Below are positions 26,526 to 38,763 of a stretch of DNA of 64,000 nt, piece by piece. The stretch spans positions 213,466,001 to 213,530,000 of the forward strand of contig NC_135879.1 in NCBI RefSeq assembly GCF_964194155.1. Direction: 5' to 3'. The position numbers were made by a program, and so were the translations under genes. This stretch comes from Cetorhinus maximus. Taxonomy: Eukaryota. How positions within the stretch are numbered: the first letter of the stretch is position 1; each line of letters starts with the position of its first letter. The notes beneath the pieces were generated by a model. The model was not told the DNA's origin and made no database searches. It saw nothing but the letters and a program-made list of their open reading frames with translations.

Positions 26526-26756
26526 TCTGCAGGAATAATCTTGTATAAATTCTTGCTTGTGGAGAATTATCATTTGTGCAGGAGCCATGTATTCTCAGCT
26601 GAAATTTGTTAAGGAACTGGAATTCTGCCATAAGTGGGCCCGGATTTAATGCTTCAATGAAACTATTTCAGCTCTTCGGGAGCAAGTATTACAATTTAAA
26701 ACTGTTTGAACCTTGAGACTTCTCCAAGCATTTAACAAATAATTACTTTTCAAGGC

Positions 26757-27215
26757 CTTTTTGTTCATTCACGTGGGCATTGTTGGCAAGGCCAGCATTT
26801 ATTGTAAATCCCTAATTGCATTTGTGAAGATAATGGTGAACTGTTGGAGTAAGTGTGTTGTAGATACATCGACAGTGCTTTTAGGGAAGGAATTCCAGGA
26901 TTTTGACCCAACGACAGCGACGGATTGGCAATATATTCCCAAATCAAGATGGTTATGTGACTTGGAGGAGAACTTGCAGGTGGTGATGTTTTGACTGCCC
27001 TTGTCCTTCTAGTGGAATGGGTTTGGAAGGTGTTGCTGAAGTAACCTTGGCGAGTTTCAATACTGCTTTTAGAAGGTGCGCACTGTTGTCACTAGCACCA
27101 GTGGTGGAGGGAGTGAATGTTTAAGGTGGTTGATGGTGTACCAGTCAAGCAGGCTGCTTTGTCCTGGATGGTTTTGAGCTGCTTTAGTATTGTAGCTGCA
27201 CTCATCCAGGCAAAT
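26757..27215 (-). mobile_element. LINE family B 3' end
   Basis: Reverse-complement homology to 1140-1610. Confidence 0.82.
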
Positions 27216-28204
27216 TTACATGTCAATCAGACTGACTTTCATGTGGGGAACCTGTCAAAGCATAGCTACCCACACTGGAGTCAAAACTCTGCAGGGAAAT
27301 GCAAACTTGCAAGTTTTTCCTGACTGAAACTCTGCACACTACCCCCACCCCCCCAAATCCCTCAACCTACGTAGCCCAGCCCGTTCGAGATGCAGCCCAC
27401 GGAGTCGAAATGAGAGGTCTCCTCAAAGCGGGGTTAGTGTGCAGATAGTGAACAAAAATAAGTAAGATGTTTGATATACTGGATCTCCGATGCCTTTGCT
27501 CATAAGTCCCCTTCTGACCTGATGTTTTTCTTCTGCCTTTAATCATTGCAGAGGTATTTTCTTTGAGAGATCCATTTCTTGGGGCGTATAAGTATCCACT
27601 AATCTTGGTGTCCTTCCCTCTACTCTTTATGGCTCTGTCTGTAATTTGTTCGTTGAATGCCTGTAGACTTCTGCTACCATGTCTGTGTTAATTTGAGTCT
27701 GCCTAGCTTTAGAAACATTTGTTTCTGTGTCAAACTTGCCCTGAAGATATTTCTGACTTGGTTGTTTTTTTACCTAAACTGTGCGTAACCTGCAGCCTTT
27801 CTGCATATGCTTGTTTGTCCTGACACTCTTGTTAGCTGTTTTCTTTTATTTCCCCAATATGTGAATATTTCGGCACCCCACCCCACCATGCCTCTTCTAG
27901 TCCAGAATTTTGGTGAGTTGTGGCATTAAATAAGTGTAGATGGATCAGCAGGATTTTGTTTATGTTTTCTTGTATTTTGAAACCGTTGGGGTGTGGGGAG
28001 CAAGGGGATGCTGAGGTATGGGCAGTGATGGAAAATGCTCTTGAGGGAGTGATGCTGGGACCAGTGGCCAAGAGGAGGCTAAATTAGCTGACCAGTGGGG
28101 GGGACAGCAGAGGCAAAAAGGGGAACTGATATCAGGTGAAAGTTGGGGATAAAAGCCAACTTACAAGATTTTAGATGTTTTGTTTCAAATTTAAATCTTA
28201 ACAA

Positions 28205-29130
28205 TCAGAACATAAGAAATAGGAGCGGGCTGTTCAACAATATCGTGGTTGATCTGATTGTGGCCATAGCTCCACTTTCCTGCCTGCCAAACATCATAAC
28301 CCTTGACTCCCTTTTCAATCAAAAATCTGTCTAACTCAGCCTTGAATATATTCACTGACCCCACTGCTCTCTGTGCAAGGAAATTCCAAGGACTAACTAC
28401 CCTCTTGGAGAAGAAATTCCTCTCTGTTAAATGGGAGACCCCTTATTTTTAAACCATGCCCACTAGCTCTAGATTCCCCCACGAGGGGAATATCTTAGCG
28501 TCTACTCTGTTAAGCCCCTTCAAAATCTTTTGTTTCAATAAGATTACCTCCCATTCTTCTAAACTCCATTGAGCATACGCTCAACCTTTCCTCACAAGAC
28601 AACCTTCATACCAGTCATCAACCTAGCGAACCTTCTCTGGACTACCTCCAATGCAAGTATATCCCTCAAGTAAGGAGACCCAAGCTGTACACTGTACTCG
28701 TGGTGTGGTCTCACTAATGCCCTGTACAGTTGTAGTGAAACTTCCTGCTTATATACTCTTGTCACCCTTGCAATAAAGGCTAACGTTCCATTTGCCTTCT
28801 TAATTAATTGCTGTTTCTGCATGTTAATTTTTGTGACACCTGGATTCCCCTGAACTGGCCGTCTGTCTCTCTCTCCCCATTTAAATAATACTGTTTTTCT
28901 ACTGTCAAAGTGGAGCATCCCACATTCCTCCACTCTCTCTCCCCCCCCCCACAATTTTCTCCCGTCTGCCATTTTTCCCTCCCATTTTCCCCCATCTGCC
29001 ATTTTTTTCCCCATTCACTTAACCTATTTATATTCATTTGCAGGCTCTTTTATATCCTCTCAACTTCCTTTCCCACCTATCTTCTGTACCCTCAGCAAAT
29101 TTGGCTACAATGCAGTTGGTGTCTTTATCT
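28205..29130 (-). mobile_element. CR1 3' end
   Basis: LYRALVRPHHEYSVQ and the 3' UTR; agaacataagaaatagg tail. Confidence 0.88.
28954..29013. repeat. Imperfect 2 x 30-bp tandem duplication inside CR1
   Basis: attttctcccgtctgccatttttccctccc followed by attttcccccatctgccatttttttcccca. Confidence 0.75.
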
Positions 29131-29609
29131 GTCCTAAAAATCCCCTTACTAACTTGCTAACTCTCACTAACTTAAACTCTTAGTGACTTACTAATGTTTA
29201 ATAGCTTAATCTTTTGACTTGCCTCCCTGCTTGCCATTTCCACGCTCCTGCTCGCTGTGAGGGTTTGGGAGAGGGAAGCAGTGAACAGGAGGGAGCAAGG
29301 GGGCCGGATACCAGTGGCAAATGGGAGGGTCGGGGAAGGAAACGGAGATTGGAGAAGTGGCAGTTTGTTTTTTAAAAGAAATGACTGAGCATATGCAGTA
29401 ACTGCGCAAAACTAAGATGGAGTCAGTGCCATTTGGGGAACTTCCCTACAAACTGCGCTAAAATGAAAATGTTCCATTAGGATGTGCTTTAAACGGAGAA
29501 TACCTTTTTTAGTGAATGTGCTCATACACTAAAACTTTTTGCAGCTTGATTTTCTACTATTCTTGGGATGCTTTTTGTGTGCTCTGCTGTGAAGACAGAT
29601 ACAAAGTGC

Positions 29610-30213
29610 ACTCTAACCTCTCAAATCCCAAATGCTTGGGACCAGTAGTGTTAGAATGCCTAATCACAAACATGTGAACTGAATATAAATAGTTACCTGA
29701 GACATTAAAAAAGTGACAAAATATTATAAAGCAGTAATATAAGTTCTTGGATGCTAGGTTCAAATAAACCAAATTATATCCTAGCTCTACTGCAAACAAA
29801 GTAAGCCTAGAAAATGGCAGGTGATTGGTGTGGGGGGTGTGGGGGGTGGTGGAAAGTGTTGGGGGAAGGAGAAATGCAGTAACTTTAGCACGGGAAAGTG
29901 CAGGAAACACAATTATCAGACTCATCCTACCTTCTCAGCCTTCATCATCCATCTGGTATCCAGTTTGCCCTTATGCAGCAGTTCCTAAACTGGATCATAA
30001 CCCCCCAATGGGCTTTGAGGTGGCTTTTGGGATAGTGTTAAAAAAAAATTCCTGTTGCTTGACAATCTTGGTATTTTAAAACAGATTTCAAATTTCAACA
30101 CTGCATCTCCAACACCACATTGCAACACCGTAAATGCTGAATTGCATGCAAAAAAACCCCCAGGCAATTGATGTTTCCAAATTTCGGAGTTCCAGATTTG
30201 AGAGGTCACAGTA
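29610..30213. mobile_element. Tigger/pogo-like MITE remnant
   Basis: Inverted ACCTCTCAAATC (29616-29627) / GATTTGAGAGGT (30195-30206); subterminal aaatgcttgggaccag resembles MER46-type ends. Confidence 0.45.
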
Positions 30214-30944
30214 TACTTGTTCAAAGTCTCTGCCTTTTCCTTGCTTCCCATTATTAATTCCCCAGTTGTACCCCCAATGGATCAACACTCGCTCTAGCTA
30301 CTCTTTTTATATACTTGCAGATAGCTACTCTTCATTTGGTTCATGCCAGCAAACTGGAAAGGAAGACTGTTGTGCAGGTGAACTGAAAACTATGGTGTGG
30401 GGAAAGAAACTCCTCTGCAATTCTAACTTGTGACTAGTGCCTTTTAATTATGTGCAAAGCCAAAGCAGTTTTTCAAAAATCAAATCCACTGTTATACTAC
30501 CTTTGTACACTTTGCAGCCATTGGCTTTATTAACTTTAAACCTTAACCATAGCTTCCATTTTCTGTCTGATTGGTGTTGTGTATGTATGTTGGGTGTACC
30601 AACACTTTTTTTGAGATGAGATTTAAATGAGTTTGCTTTGGGAAGGGCTGCCAACCCTATCCCCTCAAACCTAACTGACGGGATGGCCAATGTTCTTTTC
30701 TTTCAGTAGACTCATGGGGCTGATGGGGCTTCCTGCACTTAGTCAATCTAATGTCTTGTATTTGTCTTTAACCTTGATTTCTCATTGTGCCTCCTATTGC
30801 CCCTTGTGGATATCTCTTCTGCCCTTTAACCATTTCCAGTTTCCCAACTCTAGCACTTTACAGATCATTGTATTGTTTGTCCCATGCCTGTAGTTTTTTT
30901 TCCATTCTTCATGATCTGTTCAATGTTTGTTCATCTGTAATATG

Positions 30945-31070
30945 TTAGTGCTGAGGAAAGGTTTGGACCAGAGACATCAACTGACTTTGTCTCTGTGGGT
31001 ATAGCTTGACCTGCTGACTATATTCTGTTTATTTTCCAGGTTTCAAACATCTTCAGTATTTTGCCTTTCA
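30945..31070 (+). mobile_element. Degraded PLE terminal repeat
   Basis: ctgaggaaaggt..acc..tgacctgctga..cagtattttgc. Confidence 0.55.
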
Positions 31071-31179
31071 TCATTATTGAATAATAGGTGTTAAGTAAAA
31101 AGCAAATTATAACCCTTTTGAAACTTCTAACTATGCTAGCTTTGGAGTATCAAGTATAGCCAACTATAGGAGTATCAGA

Positions 31180-32945
31180 TAATTATCACGGAATTGTTAC
31201 AACGCAGAAGGAGGCCATTTGGCTCATGTCTGCACTGGCTCTCCAAATGAACATTATGACTTAGTGCCATTCTCCTGCCTTTTCCCTGTAACCCTGCACA
31301 TTGTTTCTATTTAAATAATCACTTTAAATCCGTGTCCGCTTGTTCTCGATCCTTTTACGAGCGGAAACATTTTCTTCCTATCTGCTCTATCCAGCCCCCT
31401 CATGATTTTGAACACCTCTGTCAAATCTCCTCTTAGCCTTCTCTCCAAGGAGAACTGTCCCATCCTCTCCAATTTATCTTTATAACTTGAGTTTTTCATC
31501 CCTGGAACCATTCTTGTGAGCATCTCCTGCACTCTCTCCAATGCGTTCACATCCTTCCTATAGTGTGGCACCCAGAACTGTACACACTACTCCAGCTGAG
31601 GTCTAATTAATGCCTTGTATAAGCTCAGCATTACCTCCCTGCTCTTGTACTCTATGCCCCTATTAATAAAACCCAGGATATTTATGCTTTATTAACTGCT
31701 CTCTCCACCTGTCCTGCCACCTTCAATGATCTATGCCCATATACACCCTAGTCCCTCCGCTCCTGCACACCCTTAAGAATTGTATCCCATACTTTATATT
31801 ACCTCTCCATGTTCCTCCTACCAAATACCAAAATCCTCCTACCTCACACTTTTCCGCATTGAACTTCATCTGCCACCTATCTGCCTACTCCACCAACTTG
31901 TCTATGTCTTTTTGAAGCTCTATACTGTTGTCCTCCCAGTTTATAATGCTTCCAAATTTCGTTTCATCCACAAACTTTGCAATTATCTAGATCGTTAATA
32001 TATATCAGGAAAAGCAAGGTTTCCAATACCGACCCCGAGGGAACTCCACTACAAACCTTCCTCTGGCCCGAAAAATATCTATTGACCGGTATCCTCTGTT
32101 TCCTAATTTTCAGCTAATTTGGTATCCATGTTGCTGCTGTCCCTTTTATTCCATGAGCTATAACTTTTCTCTCAAGTCTGTTGTGCAGCACTGTATTGAA
32201 TGCCTTTTGAAAGCCCATGTACACCACATCGACAGCACTACCCTCATCTACCTTCTCTGTTATCTCTTCAAAAAAAACTCCTGCAAGTTAGTTAAACATG
32301 ATTTCCTCCTTAGAAATCCATGCTGGCTCTTGCTAATCAGCCCACATTTTTCCATGTGACTGCTAACTCTACCCTGAATAATTGCCCCTAGAAGCTTCCC
32401 CACCACTGAAGTTAAATTGACTGGTCTGCAATTACTGGGCTTATCCTTGCAACCTTTTTTGAACAAGGGTGTAATGCTTGCAATTGTCCAGTCCTCTGGC
32501 ACCTCCCCTGACAAAGATTACGGCCAGTACCACTGCAATTTCCACTCTTATTTGCTTCAATATCCTTGGATGCATTTCATCTGGCCCGGTACCTTGTCAT
32601 CTTTAAGTACCAACGTTTTACCGAACACTACGTATCAATTTTGAACCCTTCTAGTGACAGTTTCCTCCTCTGTCACTGTGACCTCGGTAGCATCTGCTTC
32701 CTTGGTAAAGACAGATACAGAGTATTCGTTTAGCACTTCAGCCATGCCCCCTGCTTCCATGTATACATCCCCTTTTATGGCCCCTAATTGGCCCTACTCC
32801 TTTTCTTCCTTTCATATCTTTTCTGAACACCTTGTAGCCAGGAATAGTTAACGCCCAGTCCTGCCCTGCCCTTGAGTCAGGTCTCTGTTATCGCCACAAC
32901 ATCCTATTTCCACACGTCAATCTGTGGCTTGTAATTCCCTAATCT
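31180..32945 (-). mobile_element. CR1, decayed with internal deletions
   Basis: PHYRKDVNALERVQ, VPEDWTIASITPLFKKG and RPVNLTSVVGK on the minus strand. Confidence 0.9.
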
Positions 32946-33630
32946 TAGGAACATAGAAACAGGAGTTGGCCATTCAGCCCCTTGAGCATGTTTTGTCATT
33001 CAGTTAGATCATGGCTCATCTGTACCCGAACTCCATTTGGAACTTATGCCCATGCGCAACAAAAATCTACTAATTTCTGTTTAAAAACTTCAATTGCCAT
33101 CATCTTTTAGCATTTTGGGGAGAGAGTTTCAGATCTCCACTGCCCTTTGTGTGAAGAAGTGCTTCCTGACACCACCGATGAATGGCTTAGCTCTAATTTT
33201 AATGTTATGACCCCTTTTATCTGTACTGCCCCACCAAAAGAAATAGGATAGATAGAGAGAAACTATGTCAACTCCTTTAATCATTTTAAAATACTCCATT
33301 TAGATCACCCTCTTAATCTTCAATACTTAAGGGCATGTGAGACTAGTCTCTGCAACCTGTCTCTATACTTGAAGTGTTATAGCCCCAGGATCATTTTGGT
33401 GAAGCTGTAATGCACACCACCATTCTGCCACTGCCCCCCCCCCCCCCCCCCAACTCAAAAAGGCCAACATAGTTTTTGAGGTGCGATGTCCATAAGTGAG
33501 CACAGTACTCTAGATGTGCTCCAACCAGAGCTTTACACAACTGTAACATAACTTTCACCCCCATTGTATTCAAGCTCTCCTGAGGAAAAGGCTAACATTC
33601 TATTGGCCTTGTTGATTTTTTTTGCAGCTT
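32946..33630 (-). mobile_element. CR1 3' end
   Basis: gaacatagaaacagg tail; KALVGAHLEYC. Confidence 0.8.
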
Positions 33631-34074
33631 GCTTATGGGGAAAAATGTAGACAATGCCCATGATAGATTTTAATGCTGCTTTATATATGTAAGTTGAAAT
33701 TTTTCGTGGGGTTTTCCGTGAAAGCTGGTTTACATAAGAATTTGCAATGGCGCATGTGTGCCATGTGTAATGTGTATATGTCCAGTTGGGGATTATATAG
33801 CTTAATTGATGACTGCTTCCCGGGCTTCCTTAACCGTGTTCTAGAGATTTGTTCTGACAACGGGGATTAACATGGCCCTCATGCCCCCAACAATCCTCTG
33901 TCCTAAAATTGCTAATACTGCTAGATTGTGTAGAATGCAGTAATTAAAGTGACCTATCTTGTAGGGACTTTATGAAGGTTAATACAGTTTGAAGAATGAC
34001 AAACCACAGTGACTCCCATCCATTCCTCTTGGGCTTTGTTGGTTTGGCTCAGTTTATAGTTGAATATATAGGGA

Positions 34075-34465
34075 TATAAAGAAAGAAGCTTGAGTTTATA
34101 TAGCAAAGCTTTTCACAACTTGATGTCTCATTGCTCCCCAGCCGCTGAACTACTTCTGAAGCGTAAAGCAGCAGCCGGTTTGTGCATGGCAATGAGATAA
34201 ACAATCAGATAATCTCTCTTAATGGGAGTGGTTGAGGAACCAATGTCGATCTGGACAAGAGACTTCCTGTGCTTTTTGAATAGTGTCATGGGAACTTTAA
34301 CGTCCATCTGAGTCTAGGGTTGTCAGTTATCATCTCATCTATGAAACCTCACCTCTGACCATGTAGCTCTCAATACTGCACTGGAGTGTTAGCCTAGATG
34401 CTTTGAAGTGGTACTTGAACTTAACCTTCTGACCCAGAGATGACCACTGAGTCAAAGCTGACACT
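34075..34465 (-). mobile_element. DeuSINE-like SINE with L2-type tail
   Basis: Minus strand has a tRNA-like head, the cagtgcagtattgag core and a ...tatataaactcaag tail. Confidence 0.65.
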
Positions 34466-34807
34466 TCAGAAGTAGTTCTGAATTAGTGCAGGACAAAAAG
34501 AAAACGCATTTTCCCCATAAGTAATAAAGATTGGACTAATCTCTACAGTGCTGTTAATTTGAAGAATGACACAGCTTCACAGTAGTTAGTTTTGCTATTA
34601 CTTTGTGCAAGTGCATGTCTGTAAAACATGTCTGTAAGTATTCAGTGAATAAGTAGCTGTTTAAAGAAAAACTCCCTTAGTAAAACCACAAACCCCATGA
34701 CTTAACCTAAAGAAATGTCAAGAATCTTATTTTTATAACAGTAATTCAGAATCAAGGCACATTGATCGAATGGACCAAGTGAACTTTTTGGCAAATTTAT
34801 AGGCTGT

Positions 34808-34955
34808 TAATGTTGTGGATCTGTAATATGGTTAACTCTTAACTGCCCTCTGAAATGACCTAGCAAGCCACTCAATTCAAGGGCAATTAGGGATGGGCAG
34901 TGAATCCTGGCCTTGCCAGCAACGCTCACTTCCCATGGAAGAATAAAGAAGGAAA
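34808..34955 (+). mobile_element. 3' part of a SINE sharing the family B tail
   Basis: ggttaactcttaactgccctctgaaatg...ggcaattagggatgggc. Confidence 0.7.
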
Positions 34956-35329
34956 ACGATTTGGGTTGAGAACCAATTAACTGCATGGAATAAGATCTGT
35001 GTTAAGAATACCCATGGTTCCTACTGTTTGGTTCCACATATAACCTGTACGATTGTCATGGGAGGTGCTGTGGTTCCAAGCATATTACTAAATGTGTGAG
35101 AAGATAATTGATTTACAAGTGGCCAGAGGGGAAAGTTGGAGGAATGGTAAAGGTGTGGCTCTCTAAGAGGAGGAAAGTAATAACGTGAAACTAAAATCAT
35201 CTTTCTGCCCTGAACCAATACCTCTGGATATCTCCATGGATCTAACTTGAAACATGAGGTCATCTAAAATTCTACTATCTATGGCCTTTTCTGCTCACCC
35301 AACAATTTTTTCCCCATTTACTCAAGCAT

Positions 35330-35705
35330 GCACCTGGTCCCTCATTGCCTGCAATTTAAAGTGTTCAACTTTGGGTTGAATCCCTTCAAGGATATTTCCC
35401 TCCTCAAATCTGTAACCTCTTCCAGGTCGCCAATCCCCCTCAAACCCACGATTCCTGCAACTGTTGCCTCTGTGCATTCATCAACCTTCCCTTCTCTACA
35501 TCATTAACAACCATGCCTTCAGACCCCTCGACCCATACCCTGGACTTCAATTGCTTAAACCTCTCTGCCTGTATGCCATTCTCCTTTTAAAATACTCATT
35601 AAAAACCCACCTCTGAACAAACATTTGGTCAGTCCTCCTCATCATTTTTGTTGGCTTGACATCCACCGAAGGAGCTTAAATCATTTTTTCACATCAAAGC
35701 TGCTA
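35330..35705 (+). mobile_element. L2 3' fragment
   Basis: Colinear with 47960-48375. Confidence 0.5.
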
Positions 35706-35999
35706 TAGGTTTTCATATACCTTATCTGAGCATTGCTATTCCACCATAGCTCTGATTGACCTTTCCTATTGTGAAGCTAACTGACATTCAGTTGCCCATC
35801 AGCTGTGCATTCTCTGATTTGATAAAGCTTCACAATTTCCTGAAGCTGAAGACTTCTATACCTATATCTACATCAGTGGTTCTCAAATATTTTCAGCCAT
35901 GGACCACTTAGGTGGAGCAAAAGAACTATTGACCACGTACCGGTCTACCCCACCTGTTTTCACTTGCCACTTCAAAAAAAAATGCATCAGAACTAATAG

Positions 36000-36441
36000 G
36001 TACTTGAGGATTGCTGAAGAAAGAGATGTTGAAGCTTTTGCACTCATCAGGACATTTCTCAAGAATATCAATATAAGGGGAAAACTGATCATAAAATGGT
36101 TGTCAGCGTAATTTTTAGCACACTGAGGATTATTTAGCAAATGTTGTCCAATCGCAAAATCACATCTAATGTTGGACACTGTTGAGTTTTGCAAGCATGG
36201 GCTGGTTGGGTACGGTCTGTACCTTGCCCGTTGTGAACAGCGGCTGGGACATGCTGTTTGATATGATCTGCCAGTCTTTGGGGTGTATGGCCTACATACC
36301 TAGCATCATGGAGCACTGACATTCATATACCACATTACTCGTGATAAGCAAAATATCTTTTTGATGGCAGCATCCTGTTAGTGGCGAATACCACTTCAAG
36401 CCAAAAAGACATTCTGTCTATCACAAGTGAGTAATGTGGTA
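36000..36441 (-). mobile_element. Penelope-like element 3' end (GIY-YIG endonuclease remnant)
   Basis: DARYVGHTPQRLADHIKQHVP and AIGQHLL; hammerhead remnant at 36026-36055. Confidence 0.8.
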
Positions 36442-36819
36442 AGGCATAAATCCTTTTTATGAAACCATGCTATTACTTGCATTTATGAGGAATTGTGTCG
36501 GCGTGTGGGAGCCATTCTGGTTGTGTAACATCAAGCAAGAGATGGAGAAGCAACTTCCAATGCGTTCTCTTGTATGGCCTCGGCCATGTCATTATGTGTC
36601 AATGATTTGCATTTTAGACCACTGTGCAGACAAACTGGAGGACCCTTGTGGACCAGTTTCCAGACCACACTAAGAACCTTTTCCCTATACCAATACAAAC
36701 ACACTGAGAAAATTCACTTTGTTTTGCCTTTCTGTGGGCATTGCCAAAGGAGGTTAGCATTTTTTTTTTGAAAGGGTCTATTTTTCAATGCAGCTTGATC
36801 AATTTAGAAAATTTGGTGG

Positions 36820-37420
36820 AAGATTTGATACCGAGGGAGGATTTAAACAAACTTGGCAGGAGGATAGGAACTGGGAAGTAGCAGAGAGGGAAAACAAGGT
36901 GCACAAAGAATTAGGAGAGACAGATGGCCCTAGAGTAAGGTATTAGTTGTGGCCAATGCAAGAGAAAATGCAAAAAGGTCTAAATTGAGTTTGCTGTGAA
37001 TTTATCTGAATGTATGGAGTATGGTTAAAAAAGGTTGGTCAACTGCAAGTGCACATAGCCATCCGGGACTATGAACTTGTGACAATAATGGAGACCTGGC
37101 TCAAAAATGAGCAGGACTGGGCACTAAGTATTCCTGGATACAAGGTGTCCAGGAAAGCTAGGGAAAGAAAAAGGAGGAAGGGTGGTGGCAGTATTGATTA
37201 AGGAAAATAGTACAGTGCCATAGAGAGAGAGGGCACGTCCTAGAGGGATCAAGGGCAGAATCTATTTGGTTAGAGTTAAACAATAGAAGCACCATTACAT
37301 CGCTGGGTGTATTGTATTGGCCACCAACTACTGGGAAGGATGTAGAGGAACAAATTTACAAGGAAATTACTGAGGTGCAAAAACTACAGAGTAATTATAA
37401 TCAGGGACTTTGGAACTTCT
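36820..37420 (+). mobile_element. CR1 ORF1/ORF2 junction and endonuclease fragment
   Basis: IMETWL..QDWALSIPGY motif. Confidence 0.8.
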
Positions 37421-37514
37421 GCACAAATGACAACTGATGCTGGATCAGTTGTTAATTTTAAAACTGATAATTGATTTTTGTTGGACAAACTTATCAAGGG
37501 ATATGAGGCATAAG

Positions 37515-38605
37515 TGTTTTTTTATTCATTCAAGGGATGTGGGCTTCGCTGGCTGGACCAGCATTTATTGCTCAGCCCTAGTTGCCCTTGAGAAGGTGGT
37601 GGTGAGATGTCATCTTGAACCGCTGCAGTCCATGTGGTGTGGGTACACCCACAGTACTGTTAGGGAGTTCCAGGATTTTGACCCAGCAACAGTGAAGAAA
37701 CAGAGATATATTTCCAAGTCAGGATGCTGAGTGACTTGGAGGAGAACTTCTAGGTGGTGTTCCCATCTATCTGCTGCCCTTGTCCTTCTAGATGGCAGTG
37801 GTCATGGGTTTGGAATGTGCTGTCGAAGGAGCCTTGGTGAATTCCTGCAGTGCATCTTGTAGATGGTACACACCGCTGCTATTGTGCATCGGTGGTAGAG
37901 GGAGTGAATGTTTGTGGATGTGGTGCCATTCAAGCAGGGGCTGCTTTGTCCTGGATGGTGTCAAGCTTCTTGTGTTGAGAGCTGCATTGATCCCGGCAAG
38001 TGGGGAGTATTCCAACACACCTGACTTGTGCCTTGTAGATGGTGGACAGGTTTAGGGGAGTCAGGAGGTGGGTTACTCGTCTCACAATTCCTAGCCTCTG
38101 ACCTGCTCTTGTAGCCACAGTATTTATATGGCTAGTCCAGTTCAGTTTCTGGTCAATGGTAACCCCCAGCATGTTGTTAGTGGGGAATTCATTGATGGTA
38201 ATGCCATTGAACCTCAAGGGGCGATGGTTGGATTCTCTCTTGGAGATGGTCATTGTCTGGCACTTGTGTGGCGTGAATGTTACTTGATACTTGTCAGCCC
38301 AAGCCTGGCTATTTTCCAGCTCTTGCTGCATTTGGACATGCACTGCTTCAGTATCTGAGGAGTTGCAAATGGCGCTGAAATTACGCAATCATCGGCGAAC
38401 ATCCCCACCTCTGACCTCCTGTTGAAGCATCTGAAGATGGTTGGGCCTAGGACACTACCCTGAGGATCTCCTGCAGTGATGCCTTGGAGCTGAAATGACT
38501 GACCTCCAACAACCACAACCATCGTCCTTTGTGCTTAGTATGACTCCAACCAGCGGCGAGTTTTCCCCGATTCCCATTGACTCCAGTTTTGCTAGGGCTC
38601 CTTGC
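37515..38605 (-). mobile_element. LINE family B inserted in a CR1 tail (~37435-37514 and ~38606-38700)
   Basis: MFADD, GVTIDQKLNW and YKAQVR motifs; CR1 3' UTR on both sides. Confidence 0.9.
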
Positions 38606-38742
38606 AAATGGCGTTAGGGTGTATGGGATTAGGCCATAGATCACCCATAATCTCATTGAATAGCAAAATAGCTTGGAGGGGTGAAATAGCCTATTCCCCC
38701 ACCCCAGAATTACATAGGAGCAGGATGTTCTGGGGTTAAGAA

Positions 38743-38763
38743 TGTTTGTTTGTTTGTTTGTTT
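38743..38763. repeat. (TGTT)n microsatellite
   Basis: Seen directly. Confidence 0.85.

Noticed and set aside
26122-26538. Polyproline ORF
   Set aside because: Produced by a C-rich low-complexity tract plus an L2 fragment.
35873-35915. hAT/Charlie-like terminus CAGTGGTTCTCAAA
   Set aside because: No matching second TIR or 8-bp TSD found.
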